Notes: a model not told the origin generated them from the sequence alone. Numbered from the whole stretch's first letter, positions 1-13,717 are shown. The stretch is 63,956 nucleotides of DNA, filler included, from Octopus bimaculoides (GCF_001194135.2; 6 parts of 5 records of this genome joined end to end with filler, not necessarily neighbours in it), one strand, 5' to 3'. Numbers and translations are program-made.

Positions 1-226
1 ATATAAGGTGGCAAGCTGGCCGAATCGTTAGTACACAGGGTAAAATGCTTATTAGCTTTTCCCATTCTAAGTTCAAATTCTGCCAAGTTCAACTTTGCCT
101 TTCATCCTTTCAAGGTCACTAAAATAAGTACCATTTGTGCCAAAATATGAAACCAATATATATATATATATATCATCATCATCATCACATTAAACGATGA
201 TGATGATATATGTGTGTGTGTGTGCA

Positions 227-265
<39 letters not shown>

Positions 266-596
266 TGTGTATGTATCTATTACTGTCTCCTTGCTATACA
301 ACTATCGCATGATGGTTGTAAAGAAGTTTCACTCTCATGCAAGCAGTGGCCATTTCCGATTTTCTGTGTAAATATGCCTGGTTATGGAGAAATGTTACAT
401 GAACTGATAACAAGTGAGAGTTTGGCAACAGGGAAAGCATCTGGTCATAGTAAATCTGTTTCTAAAAATTCTGTCCAACCCATGTGAGCATGGAAAAGTG
501 AACATTGAAATGATGATGGTCATGATGATATTCGCTGGATACAAGAACTAGCAGTTATTTATTGTTTAATCTACATGCTATTTTTATTTCTTATAG

Positions 597-662
597 AATC
601 ACTCACTATAAAAATCCACACCATTGCCAAGATTGTTTTCAAGATGTGTCACTTTTTCTCAG
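597..662 (+). CDS. CFAP92: CFAP92/FLJ43738-like, internal exon 1 of 8 visible (xSLTIKIHTIAKIVFKMCHFFS)
   Basis: Acceptor tttcttatag at 596 and donor GT at 663. Ends in phase 1 (G), which joins the next exon to make GAT (D). Short exon, so weaker than the others. Confidence 0.6.
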
Positions 663-3249
663 GTTTGTGAGGTCTTATAATCTAATTGTGACTCAGTCTA
701 ATTCCCTTCCTCCTTTATCTATTTCTTGTTAATGTGAATGCAACTGTATAAAAGCTCATGGCTCAGTGGTTAGAGTGTTGGGCTCACAATCATAAGGTAG
801 TGAGTTTGATTCCCAAACTGAGCTGTGTGTTGTGTTCTTGAGCAAGATACTTTATTTCATGTTGTTCCAGTTCACTCAGCTGTAGAAATGAGTTGCTTGT
901 GTTTTATTACAGCTTATAAGATATTTCAGATCATAGGTATCTGGAAAAATCATACACAATATTGAACACACATATACAAGGTATGTGTTTTGCTAGTTTG
1001 TGGGCAGGCTGCAATCTATGGGTGTAAGAGAATATATTCTCTTTGATTTGCTAGGTGTTAAAACACTTAGAAGTCATAGACAAAACACATACCTTGTGTA
1101 TGTATATTTGATATCGTTTATATCCCTCAGGCTGCTCCACATTCATATTTGAATATGTGTGTGTGTGTGTGATATATATACATTCTGATGACGGAATATC
1201 CCAAACTCTGAGATATTCCTTCCTTTGTGGCACTCCGTTGGTTACGATGATGAGAGTTCCAGTTGACCTGTCAACAGAACAGCCTGCTTGTGAAATTAAC
1301 GTGTAAGTGGCTGAGCATTCCACAGACACGTGTACCCTTAACGCAGTTCTCGAGGGAGATTCAGCATGACAGAGTGTGTGACAAGGCTGGCCCCTTTTAA
1401 ATACAGGTACAACAGAAAACAGGAAGAAAGAGTGAGAGAAAGTTGTGGTGAAAGAGTACAGCAGGGTTCGCCACTACCCCCTGCCAGAGCCTCGTGGAGC
1501 TTTAGATGTTTTCGTTCNNNNNNNNNNNNNNNNNNNNNNNNNNNNNNNNNNNNNNNNNNNNNNNNNNNNNNNNNNNNNNNNNNNNNNNNNNNNNNNNNNN
1601 NNNNNNNNNNNNNNNNNNNNNNNNNNNNNNNNNNNNNNNNNNNNNNNNNNNNNNNNNNNNNNNNNNNNNNNNNNNNNNNNNNNNNNNNNNNNNNNNNNNN
1701 NNNNNNNNNNNNNNNNNNNNNNNNNNNNNNNNNNNNNNNNNNNNNNNNNNNNNNNNNNNNNNNNNNNNNNNNNNNNNNNNNNNNNNNNNNNNNNNNNNNN
1801 NNNNNNNNNNNNNNNNNNNNNNNNNNNNNNNNNNNNNNNNNNNNNNNNNNNNNNNNNNNNNNNNNNNNNNNNNNNNNNNNNNNNNNNNNNNNNNNNNNNN
1901 NNNNNNNNNNNNNNNNNNNNNNNNNNNNNNNNNNNNNNNNNNNNNNNNNNNNNNNNNNNNNNNNNNNNNNNNNNNNNNNNNNNNNNNNNNNNNNNNNNNN
2001 NNNNNNNNNNNNNNNNNNNNNNNNNNNNNNNNNNNNNNNNNNNNNNNNNNNNNNNNNNNNNNNNNNNNNNNNNNNNNNNNNNNNNNNNNNNNNNNNNNNN
2101 NNNNNNNNNNNNNNNNNNNNNNNNNNNNNNNNNNNNNNNNNNNNNNNNNNNNNNNNNNNNNNNNNNNNNNNNNNNNNNNNNNNNNNNNNNNNNNNNNNNN
2201 NNNNNNNNNNNNNNNNNNNNNNNNNNNNNNNNNNNNNNNNNNNNNNNNNNNNNNNNNNNNNNCGAGATCGTTGCCAGTACCCCTGGACTGGCTCTTGTGT
2301 GGGTGGCACATAAAGGACACCATTTGAGTGTGGCCGTTGCCAGTACCGCCTGACTGGCCTTCGTGCGGGTGACACGTAAAAGCACCCACTACACTCTCTG
2401 AGTGGTTGGCATTAAGAAGGGCATCCAGCTGTAGAAGCTCTGCCAAATTAGATTGGAGCCTGGTGTTGCCATCTGGTTTCACCAGTCCTCAGTCAAATCG
2501 TCCAACCCATGCTAGCATGGAATGCGGACGTTAAACGATGATGATGATGAACGATATTGGGGGAGTCCTTCATACTTGATTTCATAGTTGTAAGAAATAT
2601 TTTCTTATAGTTTGATAGGATATTTAGAGATGTGCATCTACACCTGCTCCTCTTTTTTCTCCACACTGTCTTTAAGCATACATGTATTCAATGTGCATGA
2701 ATTTGACAGAGTGAGGGAGAGAGAGAGACAGACAGACAGACAGAGAGTGAGAGAGAGAATTTATAAATATATATATGTAGGAGTCTCTTAGCTAAATGGT
2801 ACAGAGTGCTCAGCTGTAATTTGAGAGTTACAGGGATCAGTTCTTTGTAAATACTTGCTGGCCACTTTTTTCTGAAGGTCGTGCCCCAGCATGACTGCAG
2901 TCAAATGACTGAAACAAGTAAAAGATAAAATATATATATATATATANNNNNNNNNNNNNNNNNNNNNNNNNNNNNNNNNNNNNNNNNNNNNNNNNNNNNN
3001 NNNNNNNNNNNNNNNNNNNNNNNNNNNNNNNNNNNNNNNNNNNNNNNNNNNNNNNNNNNNNNNNNNNNNNNNNNNNNNNNNNNNNNNNNNNNNNNNNNNN
3101 NNNNNNNNNNNNNNNNNNNNNNNNNNNNNNNNNNNNNNNNNNNNNNNNNNNNNNNNNNNNNNNNNNNNNNNNNNNNNNNNNNNNNNNNNNNNNNNNNNNN
3201 NNNNNNNNNNNNNNNNNNNNNNNNNNNNNNNNNNNNNAGATATATATAT

Positions 3250-3455
3250 TCTTTTATTCTTTCATTCTTTCACTTGTGTTTCAGTCATTTCACTGCGGTC
3301 ATGTTGAAGCACCGCCTTTAGTCGAACAAATCGAACCCAGGACTTATTCTTTGTAAGCCTAGTAGTTATTCTATTGGATCCTTTTGCTGAAGTGCTAAGT
3401 TATGGGGACATAAACACATCAACATCAGTTATCGAGCAATGGTGGCGGGGACTAA
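3250..3455 (+). mobile_element. Interspersed repeat tcttttacttgtttcagtcatttgactgcggccatgctggag...; other copies at about 24367-24570, 40413-40555, 41505-41675(-), 50755-50975 and 54228-54430
   Basis: Recurrent conserved block, often paired with the preceding SINE family in opposite orientation. Confidence 0.75.
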
Positions 3456-5669
3456 CACAGACACACATATACACACACATGTACACACACATATATATAT
3501 ATAAATATACGACGGGCTTCTTTCAGTTTCTGTCTACCAAATCCATTCACAAGGTTTTGGCTGGCCCAAGACTATAGTATAAGACACTTGCCCAAGGTGC
3601 CACGCTGTGGGACTGAATCCAGAACTGTGTGGTTGGGAAGCACCCACATATATATATATATATGTCTGTATGTGTATGTGTGTGTGTTTGAAGCACGTAT
3701 TGTCCCTGCCTTCGAAATGAAGAGTAGATGAACAGGGACAACTGATGAAGGGAAATATTCTTTATGTTGCTTGCCTCGTTTCTCTGTTTTTTTTCGGAGG
3801 CAATAACTGAGGCCTTTGGCATTATGTTGTGCTTGAGAAGAAGACCCGTCAATCTGAGCAAAATCGCAGTTGTGACAGATACCAGTGTCATGCAATTAGC
3901 ACTCATGCCAGTGGTGTGTAAAAGTACTCATTACACTCTCAGAGTGGTTGGCGTTAGGAAGGGCATCCAGCTGTAGAAAACCATGCCAAATCAGACTGGA
4001 ATCTGGTGCAGCCTTCCAGTTTGCTAGCCCTGGTCAAACCATCCAACTCATGCCAGCATGGACAATGAACATTAAATGATGACAACGATGATGATGTTGA
4101 TATATATATATATGAATGTATGTATGTATGTATGTATACACACATATACACATATATATATATATACACACAATTATTTATCATAATTTTTATTCTGCTC
4201 TGTATGATGATATGGATTGGATGGGTCATTACAGTCCAAGCCTCCTCACATTGGCAGGTTGTGGTGTCAACATTATAGTAGTTGATGAGTGCAGGTGAGA
4301 CCAGATTAAGGAGATCTCATAACCTTACATTTTCTCAATTCATTTAGTCAACTACTTTTACAGGGTAAACAGAAGATGTAGTGGAGTGAGTGCTTTGTAC
4401 AAAGTAAATATAAATTTTGGAGAGGGAACAATGTTGACAGAAAAGGCAGAAATAGGCATCTGAAAGATGTGGATAGTTGAGTAGAGGTATTAATAATAAA
4501 TAGTACTCAATAAATAAGAGCATGTACATTTGAACAGATGACTGAGGAGAGGAATTGGAGAGAAAGAAGGTGCAACGACAATAGAAGGACCAAAATAGGT
4601 GGGAAAGTTGAAGGGACTAGAATATAATGTGAAGAAAGCAGGGATATACAGAGTCGGTTGGTGAGAGGGGTATGTGGTTGTAATGGCAAAGGTGATCAAA
4701 GGTAGAGGTGAGTGATGAGATAAAGGTCACAATATAAAAGAATTGGTAGGAGTGATTAGCAGTAGCAGAAGTGAACAGAGTTAGATATGGGTAATGAGTT
4801 AAAGGTGAGAGTAGGTTATGGGTTGCAGTAGAGGTAATTCAGAGGAAAGAGTGTACTGGCTAGCTGCATAGCATGATGAAGTTAGTGCAACGGGATAGGG
4901 ATGATAGTGAAGGGATGACAGTGACCTAACGCAGTCTCCTGTATATAGGTTTACTGAGGGGCTGGTAGGCAGAGTGATGATGAGGGCGTGATCAGCTTAG
5001 GTGGGGAAATGAGAGATGGATGGTTATGAGTGATAGAGATGGAAGAAAAGCTGGTTAAGCAATGGGTAGGTAGGAAGTACATAAGTCAAGAATGTAAGAT
5101 GAGGGAAAGCAAATGAAGGCCTGGCAGAATACAAATATTGCTGCCTCTGAACGCTTGAGTCAGATGAGTCAGAGTACATGTTGTTGTGGGTAGACAGGTC
5201 TTCTGTAGTGCCATGTACTACCATGTAGTGCCAATTGGTACTGCCTTTTGTAATCTCTTCTGTGGTTTCAGGTTTGCCATGCAACCATAAATAATTCTGA
5301 AATTCCTTCTACAAGCAAAACCAAAAAAAAAAAAAAATCAAAACCGTTTGCAATATTTCTGAGGTCACAACAGATAGTTTAGGAACCCCTTAATCTGGGT
5401 GCTGGAGTAGCTGCTTTGGTTCATGTTACATATGCTACATACCAGGTTATCAATGTCAATGTGTATTCTGCAACAACTGTTGAATTTTCTTCCTGAATAT
5501 GGAATATAAATTTTCTGTTCCAGTTTACCTGATTCTCCACACATTCTGTTCTTACTTCCCTATTGCTGTCATTGTTGTTAGGCCTCAACTTAAATCTGAT
5601 CTAGTAGGCTTATGATCAAAGTCATTCTATCTGTGACCATCACCTCTTTTTTTCTCAGAAATAGTGCTA

Positions 5670-5990
5670 GGGACATGGCTTAATAGTTAGGGTATTTGGT
5701 TTGTGAATATAAGGTCATGAGTTCGATACCTGAAAATGCATTATGACCTTGAGCAAGACACTTTATTTCATGTTGTTGCAGTCCACTCAGCTTGCAAAAA
5801 TAAGTAGTACCTGTATTTCAAAGGGTCAACCTTGTCACATTCTGTTTCACACTGAATCTCCCTGAGAACTATGATAAGGGCATGTGTGTCTGTGGAGTGT
5901 TCAGCCACTTGCACATTAATTTCACAAACAGACTGCTCCATTAATTGGATCAACTGAAACATTCCCCATCATAACGGATGGAGTGATAGC
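5670..5990 (+). mobile_element. tRNA-headed SINE variant with a ttgagcaagacactt core; other copies at about 757-900, 25015-25240, 31935-32190, 51165-51400 and 54600-55150
   Basis: Shared head (gagttcgat...cc), ccttgagcaagacacttta core, and in several copies the same 3' tail as the 7957 family. Boundaries approximate. Confidence 0.7.
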
Positions 5991-6286
5991 TAATACTTCT
6001 ACATTTTACAATGTGTTGCTTCTTTTCTTTGAGAAAGTAGGTTGTGATTTGAGAAAGATTTGGTTGCTGTTTCAACAAATCAAGCAACAGCATAGAGCTA
6101 CCCCACCACACACACATTTACTCTTACTACATGGTTGAGTCATTATTTGTAATAACTTACACTAGCTAAGAGAGAACCACTTTACTCAAAACAAAAAGCA
6201 AAACTGGGAGAAAAAGTATTAGACAAGTTTTGTGTATTTGTTATATTTTTTAAATGTTGATCTTAATTTTTTTTTTAATTATTTAG

Positions 6287-6488
6287 ATACTTTATATATT
6301 ATCAAGCACTTATCAAACACACCTGTGGGACTTATTGATATGGTGGTCAGCATTAGCTTGTCAGAAAATTTACTCTCCGCTGAGCAGAAACTGATGTTTA
6401 ATCCTATGGTTATATGTATTCACTCGGTGAATGATATGCCAGGTAAAGACTCTTCAGAAGGAGTAACCTATGAACAATTGAAGGAGAA
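6287..6488 (+). CDS. CFAP92: CFAP92-like exon 2 (DTLYIIKHLSNTPVGLIDMVVSISLSENLLSAEQKLMFNPMVICIHSVNDMP...YEQLKEK)
   Basis: T-rich acceptor ending atttag, donor gtaaga at 6489, phase 1 in and phase 2 out. LLSAEQKLMFNPMVI resembles my recollection of the MTEEQKQDLNPLTI segment of human FLJ43738/CFAP92. Confidence 0.8.
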
Positions 6489-6723
6489 GTAAGATATACA
6501 TTGACATTTCCTGGTTCTAAACATCTTTTGGAACTTTTAATTCTTTTTTAAATTTGCTGTTTTTCTTTCAAAGTGTACAATAAGATTTTAGAAGGTAATA
6601 TTTAATTATGTTTCAGTATAACTCCATAGTTTAGAAAAAGTGTACTTGAACAGCTCAGTATGTGTGTGTGTGTATGTATGTGTTTATGTGTGTGTGTATA
6701 TGCCTGTGTGTGTCTTGTGTATC

Positions 6724-6781
<58 letters not shown>

Positions 6782-7589
6782 TGTTTATTTTTTTTGTCAA
6801 GTTATATATAAAAAAATTTAACATTTAACTGAAAATTTATTCAATGTTTTTTGTGGGTTATATATTTATCAATTTTTGCAAGCATCTGAATAGCTGTGCT
6901 CAATCATTCCATTTTGTGTGGTTCCTGTCTAATAAATAATGTGTGTGTGTGTGCATGCGTATGTGCATGCATGCATGTGTATGCGCATGCATGTGTGTAC
7001 ACACGGATGTGTATGTATGAAAGTTGAAGATATGTTAAAGAGTTTGATAATGAATGTTTTTAAAATCTGGTACTTCTTGTACTTAATGGTGCATAAAATA
7101 AGACATCCAATAATTTTGAGTACTTTACTCATATTGTCAAGGTCATATTTAAAATCAAAAATAGCATAAGTAAGCAATTGAGACTAATCATAACAAATTT
7201 GATAGAAAACCAAAAGTCCATACATAACTGCCCAAGTCTTAAAAAAATATGAAAGACTTGAATGGACAAAAGATTTAGGGAAATAATCCTTATAAGTCCA
7301 ACCCATGCCAGCATGGAAAACAGATGTTAGAGGTCGATGATGATGTATGATCATGTATAATGTTGAATAAATTATTGAATATCAAAAGAGATGCTCAAAA
7401 CATCAAATAAAACAGTCTTTGAGTGCTTATTTTTTGAATTACCACCTTGCATGAAGAAAAGTTTCAGATATTTGGAAAACTATAATGAGAAGCTCATTAT
7501 AATTTTCCTGAAAAAGTATCAAATGATTATAATGGTTCATCCATTGTTAAAGTGTCTCTGTATCAGTATCCTATTTTTATCTACTTCAG

Positions 7590-7702
7590 GTGTCAACCAG
7601 TTTATGTAAAATATGAATTCATGAAGTTTCCTCCATACAAAACCTCTGCCAAATCACAACAAAAAAACATATATTTTAATGATGTGAATGTAATATTGAC
7701 AG
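7590..7702 (+). CDS. CFAP92: CFAP92-like exon 3 (KCQPVYVKYEFMKFPPYKTSAKSQQKNIYFNDVNVILT)
   Basis: Acceptor ctacttcag, donor gtatgt at 7703, phases fit both neighbours. CxPVYxKYxF and YFxDxNVI motifs match recalled CFAP92 orthologues. Confidence 0.85.
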
Positions 7703-7956
7703 GTATGTGCGAATGTTTTTTTCTTGAGTCATCTCTAGTCCCTTCTGGTCTACAACTGCATATATACACCTATGGCATAAAGAACATGAGACAGTTATAT
7801 TGAGGATAATCAATAAGTTCAATACCTTTGATATGCTCTGCATCAATGTGATCTGGGACCACAGAGAATGTTCTTGTTGCATAATGGCTTGCTGAGTGGG
7901 TGGAAGTCTGGGTTGTTTAAATGTGATGGTTGAGGTGCACATGATGGATCTTTTAT

Positions 7957-8340
7957 GGAGGCGCAATAGCCCAGTGGTTAGGGCAGCGGACTCGCGGTCA
8001 TAGGATTGCGGTTTCGATTCCCAAACCGGGCGCTGTGAGTGTTTATTGAGCGAAAACACCTAAAGCTCCACAAGGCTCCAGCAAGGGATGGTGGCGAACC
8101 CTGCTGTACTCTTTCGCCCCAACTTTCTCTCATTCTTACTTCCTGTTTCTGTTGTGCCTGTAATTCAAAGGGTCAGCCTTGTCACACTGTCATGCTGAAT
8201 ATCCCCAAGAACTACGTTAAGGGTATACGTGGCTGTGGAGTACTCAGCCACTTGCACGTTAATTTCACGAACAGGCTGTTCCATTGATCGGATCAACTGG
8301 AACCCTCGACGTCGTAAATGAGTGCCAACAACAACAACAA
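7957..8340 (+). mobile_element. tRNA-derived SINE, full length
   Basis: A box tagcccagtgg, B box ggtttcgattcc, (AAC)n tail. A near-identical antisense copy lies at 28396-28751 and a truncated one at about 1229-1517. Confidence 0.85.
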
Positions 8341-9584
8341 TGGATCTTTGTGACAATCTGTGAGGATATGTTCAATGCTGAACAACATTTCATTTCATTG
8401 CTAAAATTTATATTCAGATTCAGTCAACAATAAAAAAAATTTAACCACAGGTTCTGCATTAAAGATTCTGAAATTAGCAGTAAAATATCTCTTCATTAAT
8501 TGTAATATTATGGTTTCCATCAGGAAAAAAAAAATCAAATGCAGTTTGGAAGATTGATGAAGTTTATTTGTTGTACAGATTGTAGAATATAACATTTTGT
8601 TGCTTTGATCCTTCATCTTAGAGTGAAGAAATTAGAGCTTAAACTGAAATTGAGAGATTGATTTGGTGGAGAGAGAGAGAGATTACTGAGTAAAAGATGT
8701 GGTGTGTGAAGGTGTGAAGCCAAGATTGTAAGGTGAACAAAGGACAAAAGTCAATATCCTGAGCAGGAAGAATATTAACTCTTGTCCCCATCACCTTAGT
8801 CATGCACACAAACATACATATATATACATACATACTTGTATCCATGCATGCATACATATGAGAGAAAGAGAAAATATAATTCATGAGATTCTTTATTAAT
8901 CCCAACAATCATTTCAACCCTGTCTTACATTGGTCTCTTGTGGGTGAGATTCTGGACAACTGATTGTGGTGCATTCTTTGGTGCAGATGAGTCTTGTCAT
9001 GTGACTTTTCAAAGGGTAATTCACTCAATAAATTCGATTTTGCTTGGTTTTTGCTTGATTATAATGCATTTCATTATTTGCCTGTAGCTGATTGCATACT
9101 TACATACATACATACATACATACACAGTCACACACACACACAGTCACACTAACACACACACAAAGAAAAGATATGTTCTGGTGGAAATCAGCTGCCCATT
9201 GGACACAAATGTGGTTAGAAAAATATAAGAGGACATCTGTGGACCATTGATAAAGAGTTTGTAAATCCAAAAGCAAAGGTACACTTTCAGCTTCATGCCT
9301 ATTATTATTTGAGCAACAGGATGCATACCAACCTGTTTGGAGCAAAGTATGGTTTAATTTGGGAATTCTTAATTCATATGCTACAAATAATCACAATATA
9401 CAGGACCTTGCTACCAATTAGGTGGCCGGTCAAAATTTACTCTAAAATTATAAGGAAGAAGCGAAGAACATACATACATGCATACATATATATTCATTTA
9501 TATATATGTATGTGTGTGTGTATGTGTGTGTATGTGTGTGTGTGTATGTGTGTGTGTGTGTATGCATGTATATATGTGTGTATG

Positions 9585-9616
<32 letters not shown>

Positions 9617-9869
9617 TGTATTATGTATACATGATTGTGTGTGTGTGTGTGTGTGTATTATAGCTTCTTCAACACTACCCTTGAATTATGATCCATTTGG
9701 ATAAGGTCACAAATTTGTAAAGAAGCTCATGGTTAATTAGATTAGCTCCATAAAATGCCTGGTGCAAATTTTATTGATTGTATGTTAGTCTAGTAATAAC
9801 ATTGAATATTTAGTAGGACAATGTTGTTTATGAAGATTAATTTGTTTGATTTAATCAAACTTCCCACAG

Positions 9870-10031
9870 GTATGTTAGACAAAACTGAATTGAAACAGTT
9901 CCTTCAAGGACCAAGTTTACAGATTGAAGTACATGACCGTGACAGATATGCCGTGCCAAAAGAAAAACAAAACCCACTTTTTGGAAATGACCGTAATGAT
10001 GATAAATTCAGTAATATTAACTATATAAAAA
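9870..10031 (+). CDS. CFAP92: CFAP92-like exon 4 (GMLDKTELKQFLQGPSLQIEVHDRDR...PLFGNDRNDDKFSNINYIK)
   Basis: Acceptor ttcccacag, donor gtaagt at 10032. Carries the characteristic LxxxLxGPxxxxEVHDRDR and LFGxD motifs. Confidence 0.88.
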
Positions 10032-10046
10032 GTAAGTTTCTTACTA

Positions 10047-10116
<70 letters not shown>

Positions 10117-10324
10117 ACATGCAAGTTACATGATGTATATCTTTTTAAGTATATGTTGTTATTTTAAAGAAATTTGATAAAAATGGAAAAAAATTTGCTT
10201 GTGGTACATAGTCAGAAGTGATCCAAATATTTTTCTTTTGCAAGCTATCATCAGAACGTATGGAAAAGATGATATTCTTTCTCCATTCTTTAAATGTTAT
10301 CTAAACTAAAATTTCTAGAATGTA

Positions 10325-11339
10325 CGAGGCACATTCCAGAAGTTTTGAGACTTTTTCAGGAAAGTCCGTTACAACAGTCTTAGATTATTGTAATTTTAGT
10401 ATATCATTACTATACATCTAATAAGTTGACCTACCAACTTTTGTTATTCCAGATTGAAGGATCCAGCTGTACCAGCAATTTGAACACATCCTGCTAAACA
10501 CTGCTTGTCACAGCTGAGTAGCTTCTAGAATATGGTTGGGATATGAAGACAACTTAAAGTCTTACTATGCCACAAAGCTTTATGTTAAATTGGGCAAAAA
10601 TACTACAGAAACTTATGAAACATTCCAGACTGCTTATAGATTAACTTGTATGAACCAAGCATCTGGTTTTCACTGGCAGAAGAGGCCAAGCAAAGCAAGT
10701 TTGCCAGGGAGCTCATGATGATTCCTTTTTCTGATAGCAAGGGCATCATTTACATTCATTGGATTCCCTCTGGTCAGACAGGGGCTGATAAAATTAGTAC
10801 CAGTTACACACTGGAATTGATGTAATTGACTTAATCCCTTCCCCAAAATTTGAGGCCTTGTGCATCCCGTAGAAAGTATGGTCAGGTTCCAACACAAGTC
10901 ACCCCAGCAAAGTCTACCTGAAACACTTCTCGGTCCATCATCACTGCTTTGATGTCCTGGATACATTCCAGGCCAGCGTTTGCAATCAATTTGTTGATGT
11001 AAGTGTAACAACGTTTTCCTCTTCTTACATCACCATGAAACAGATTCCACAAGACTAATTTGGATGCTTCCCATTCAGGGAGCAAAGTCTGTACTATAGG
11101 TAGTCATCTTTGCTCCTTGTGACTTTTGTTCCCCAAGATGAAGGAGAAAATGAAGGTGGCTGTGGTAAGGGTCATGGACACCATTTTGGAGGACTTCCAT
11201 GGAACCTTCATGAAGAAGTTTGGGCACTACAAGTGGATTGAAGTCAGAGGATCCTAGTTTGAAGGAGATTAGAGTTATTTCTTTGAAATTAATAAATGTC
11301 TTTGCTGAAAATGTCTGAAAATTTCTGGAATGCACCTTG
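10325..11339 (+). mobile_element. Mariner-type DNA transposon, internally deleted, with a SINE piece inside
   Basis: TIRs cgaggcacattccagaagttttgagac / tgtctgaaaatttctggaatgcaccttg, TA on the left. N-terminal ATKLYVKLGKNTTETYE; later a decayed SPDLAPCDF...PKMKEK segment. Confidence 0.75.
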
Positions 11340-12681
11340 CATTTTATCAAGCAGTGATGTTGTTGCTTAGGTCAAGTAAATCCTGATCTAGCAGGCCAGT
11401 GATCAAAGAACATTTCAACTGTAGCCATTTGCTTTTTTAGGAGTATCAAAACTGCTAACGTATCCGTATTTTTCAAGCTAGTATATGATTTAAGAAAAAT
11501 TTGGCTATTACAAGTTGAATGACCACACAGAGGCTACTTTATTGGCTGGTGTAAAGAAACGTTGAAGTTAGGAATGTTGACATATCTGTCCTATAGGCCT
11601 TAATTTTTCTCTCTTGACTTAGATATTCAATAACTTAATCAGCATATTACTGTATTCTACTGAAATTTACTGATGATATTTCTTCAGTTTCAAGCATTTG
11701 GCCACAAATTAATGCTGCAAATATGTAATATGACTCCCAACAAAATAAAGCTTGACTATGTGGGATTTGAAATCAGGGCCATCAGATGGTAAAATAGTCT
11801 GAAAATTTAACCCCTATATCAAAATCCCTCATATATTTCTGACAGCGTTGTAAAATAATATCTTGGGTGTTACAAGATCTACAAAACAGAGGTAAACTCT
11901 TATTAAACTCTACACCCCAGCTTGGTTTTGTAAACATTTTATTTCACTTAATAACTTTTGGAAATGCATAAATACCACAACATAACATTTGTTCCTCTGA
12001 ACTTATAATATATTTTTATAGAAGTTACATCAAGGAAGAGTAAATTTAATCATTTCTTTTTCTTCTTGGTAATCTCTCAAGTCCAAGAAAGATGATTCTG
12101 CAATTTCTTGTTGTGATTTGTTTATTGTGATCAAATGTTTGTGCTGTATGTAAGCTCACACCCTAAATCAAATTGACACTGTTTGTATTGGTGTATGGTG
12201 TGCCACATCAAATGTTGAAGTGATCTCAAAGCAGTATGAAATGGTGTGTTCTGCTCAAGAACACAACACATTCTCTGATCAAAGAATCAAAACCATGAAC
12301 ATGCAATTGTGAGTGCCACATATTAATCAGTAGGCTAAAGTGTTGTATTATTTTTGCCATTTAAAAACACAGAAAAAATGAAACAGTTAAATTCACTTTT
12401 CATTTGTATCTTGAGATGTCAGAATTTTCAATGAAAGACCACGATCACAGTTACACTGAAACTGTCAATGACCAAGTGACTGTTGAGTGACAAAATTTTT
12501 GACCTTTCAAGAAATAAATCAAAAATGAACATGACTTGTTTTGGGGTGTTATTAAATGTCTAAAAAAAAATGTTCTTCTACAATGTAACTACTTCACTTT
12601 CAACATGTACCTTCAGATAAAATCACTAACTTTTTATGTATTATAACTACCAAACGGATTTTTATTTTACAAACCATTTAG

Positions 12682-12870
12682 ATAAAAAGGGACAGAATTC
12701 ACAAAATCAATCATCTTCAAAAATCTCTAATATATATGGTGTTTGCAAGCTCAACCTGTTTGAACTAACACAAGGCAGAAAGTACCTCTATCGAGAACTA
12801 CCAATTCTTCACCATAGATCTGAGAAGATTTTCTCCAGTGATCGCTCAGTAGATCCTGATGAATCATTAA
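12682..12870 (+). CDS. CFAP92: CFAP92-like exon 5 (NKKGQNSQ...NIYGVCKLNLFELTQGRKYLYRELPILH...DESL)
   Basis: Acceptor catttag, donor gtaact at 12871, phase 1/1. YGVCKLNLFELTQGRKYL resembles the family YGIAxVxxxDLLLGxKYL motif. Confidence 0.82.
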
Positions 12871-13117
12871 GTAACTATTCAGTATCAACATACTTTTTTT
12901 CCTTCATAGTTTTTTTGGCTTCTTTTATTTCTGCTATTAGTTTGTTCTAGTTTTATTGCATTATTTACTGGTGCAGCAATGCACATTAATTTATCATCAT
13001 CATTGACCACCACTCCTCCTCTACTTCTTTATCATTATCATTGCTTTTATCATCATAATAATCACTCTCCTTGTCCAAGCCAGTCATCATCATTGTCATT
13101 TACACCACCCCCGCCAT

Positions 13118-13236
13118 CTGTGTTAAAACGGTGACCTTTGAGTTGCATTTTCATCTTAGAGTAGAGATGGAAGTCTGCTGGTGCCAAATCTGGCAAATAG
13201 AGTGGGTGTGGTAGCGATACTATGTTGTTTAGCAAA
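13118..13236 (-). mobile_element. Short mariner fragment of the same family as 14649-15508
   Basis: Minus strand LLNNIVSLPHPLYLPDLAPADFHLYSKMKMQLKGHRFNT. Near-identical DNA at about 14825-14910. Confidence 0.8.
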
Positions 13237-13272
<36 letters not shown>

Positions 13273-13309
13273 GCTACTACTACTGCTGCTGCTGCTGCTA
13301 CTGCTACTA

Positions 13310-13402
<93 letters not shown>

Positions 13403-13466
13403 TTACTACTACTACTACTGCTACTGCTGCTACTGCTGCTACTACTACTACTACTACTACTACTAC
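13237..13466. repeat. Compound (ACT)n/(GCT)n trinucleotide microsatellite in the intron before exon 6
   Basis: Directly visible. It creates spurious poly-S/T/A/L/V ORFs. Confidence 0.97.
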
Positions 13467-13592
13467 ACAATCACCATCACAATTACCAGCACAACCCCTT
13501 GAGTAGGTACTACATTCACTACCAGCACCACTAGCACTCCCACGACGACCACCACCACTACTAGAATACCTTGTTCTATTTCTGTCTTTCAG

Positions 13593-13717
13593 GTCTGTTA
13601 TCCACACCAAAATATATAGAGTGTAACTCAGTTTTAAAACTCACTATCAAGTTGTCACACTCATTCTTTGACAAAATTGAGACACCACCAAAAAGATCAC
13701 CAGTTCCACACAATGTA
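13593..13717 (+). CDS. CFAP92: CFAP92-like exon 6 (SLLSTPKYIECNSVLKLTIKLSHSFFDKIETPPKRSPVPHNV)
   Basis: Acceptor tctgtctttcag, donor gtgagt at 13718 (phase 0). YIECNSVLKLTIKL resembles the family YLExxSxLKVxVxL motif. Confidence 0.8.

Noticed and set aside
1338-2482. Long ORFs spanning N gaps (also at about 19.7-20.4, 48.5-49.1, 51.8-54.4, 55.8-56.4 and 61.5-62.2 kb)
   Set aside because: They are open only because N codons contain no stops; the flanks are repeats.
7957-8035. tRNA-like sequence with A and B boxes
   Set aside because: It is the head of a SINE with body and tail attached; no complete cloverleaf. No true tRNA gene was found.
13062-13610. Long poly-V/A, poly-S, poly-L and poly-T ORFs in several frames
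   Set aside because: Products of the (ACT)/(GCT) microsatellite fused to a mariner fragment. The real exon starts at 13593.
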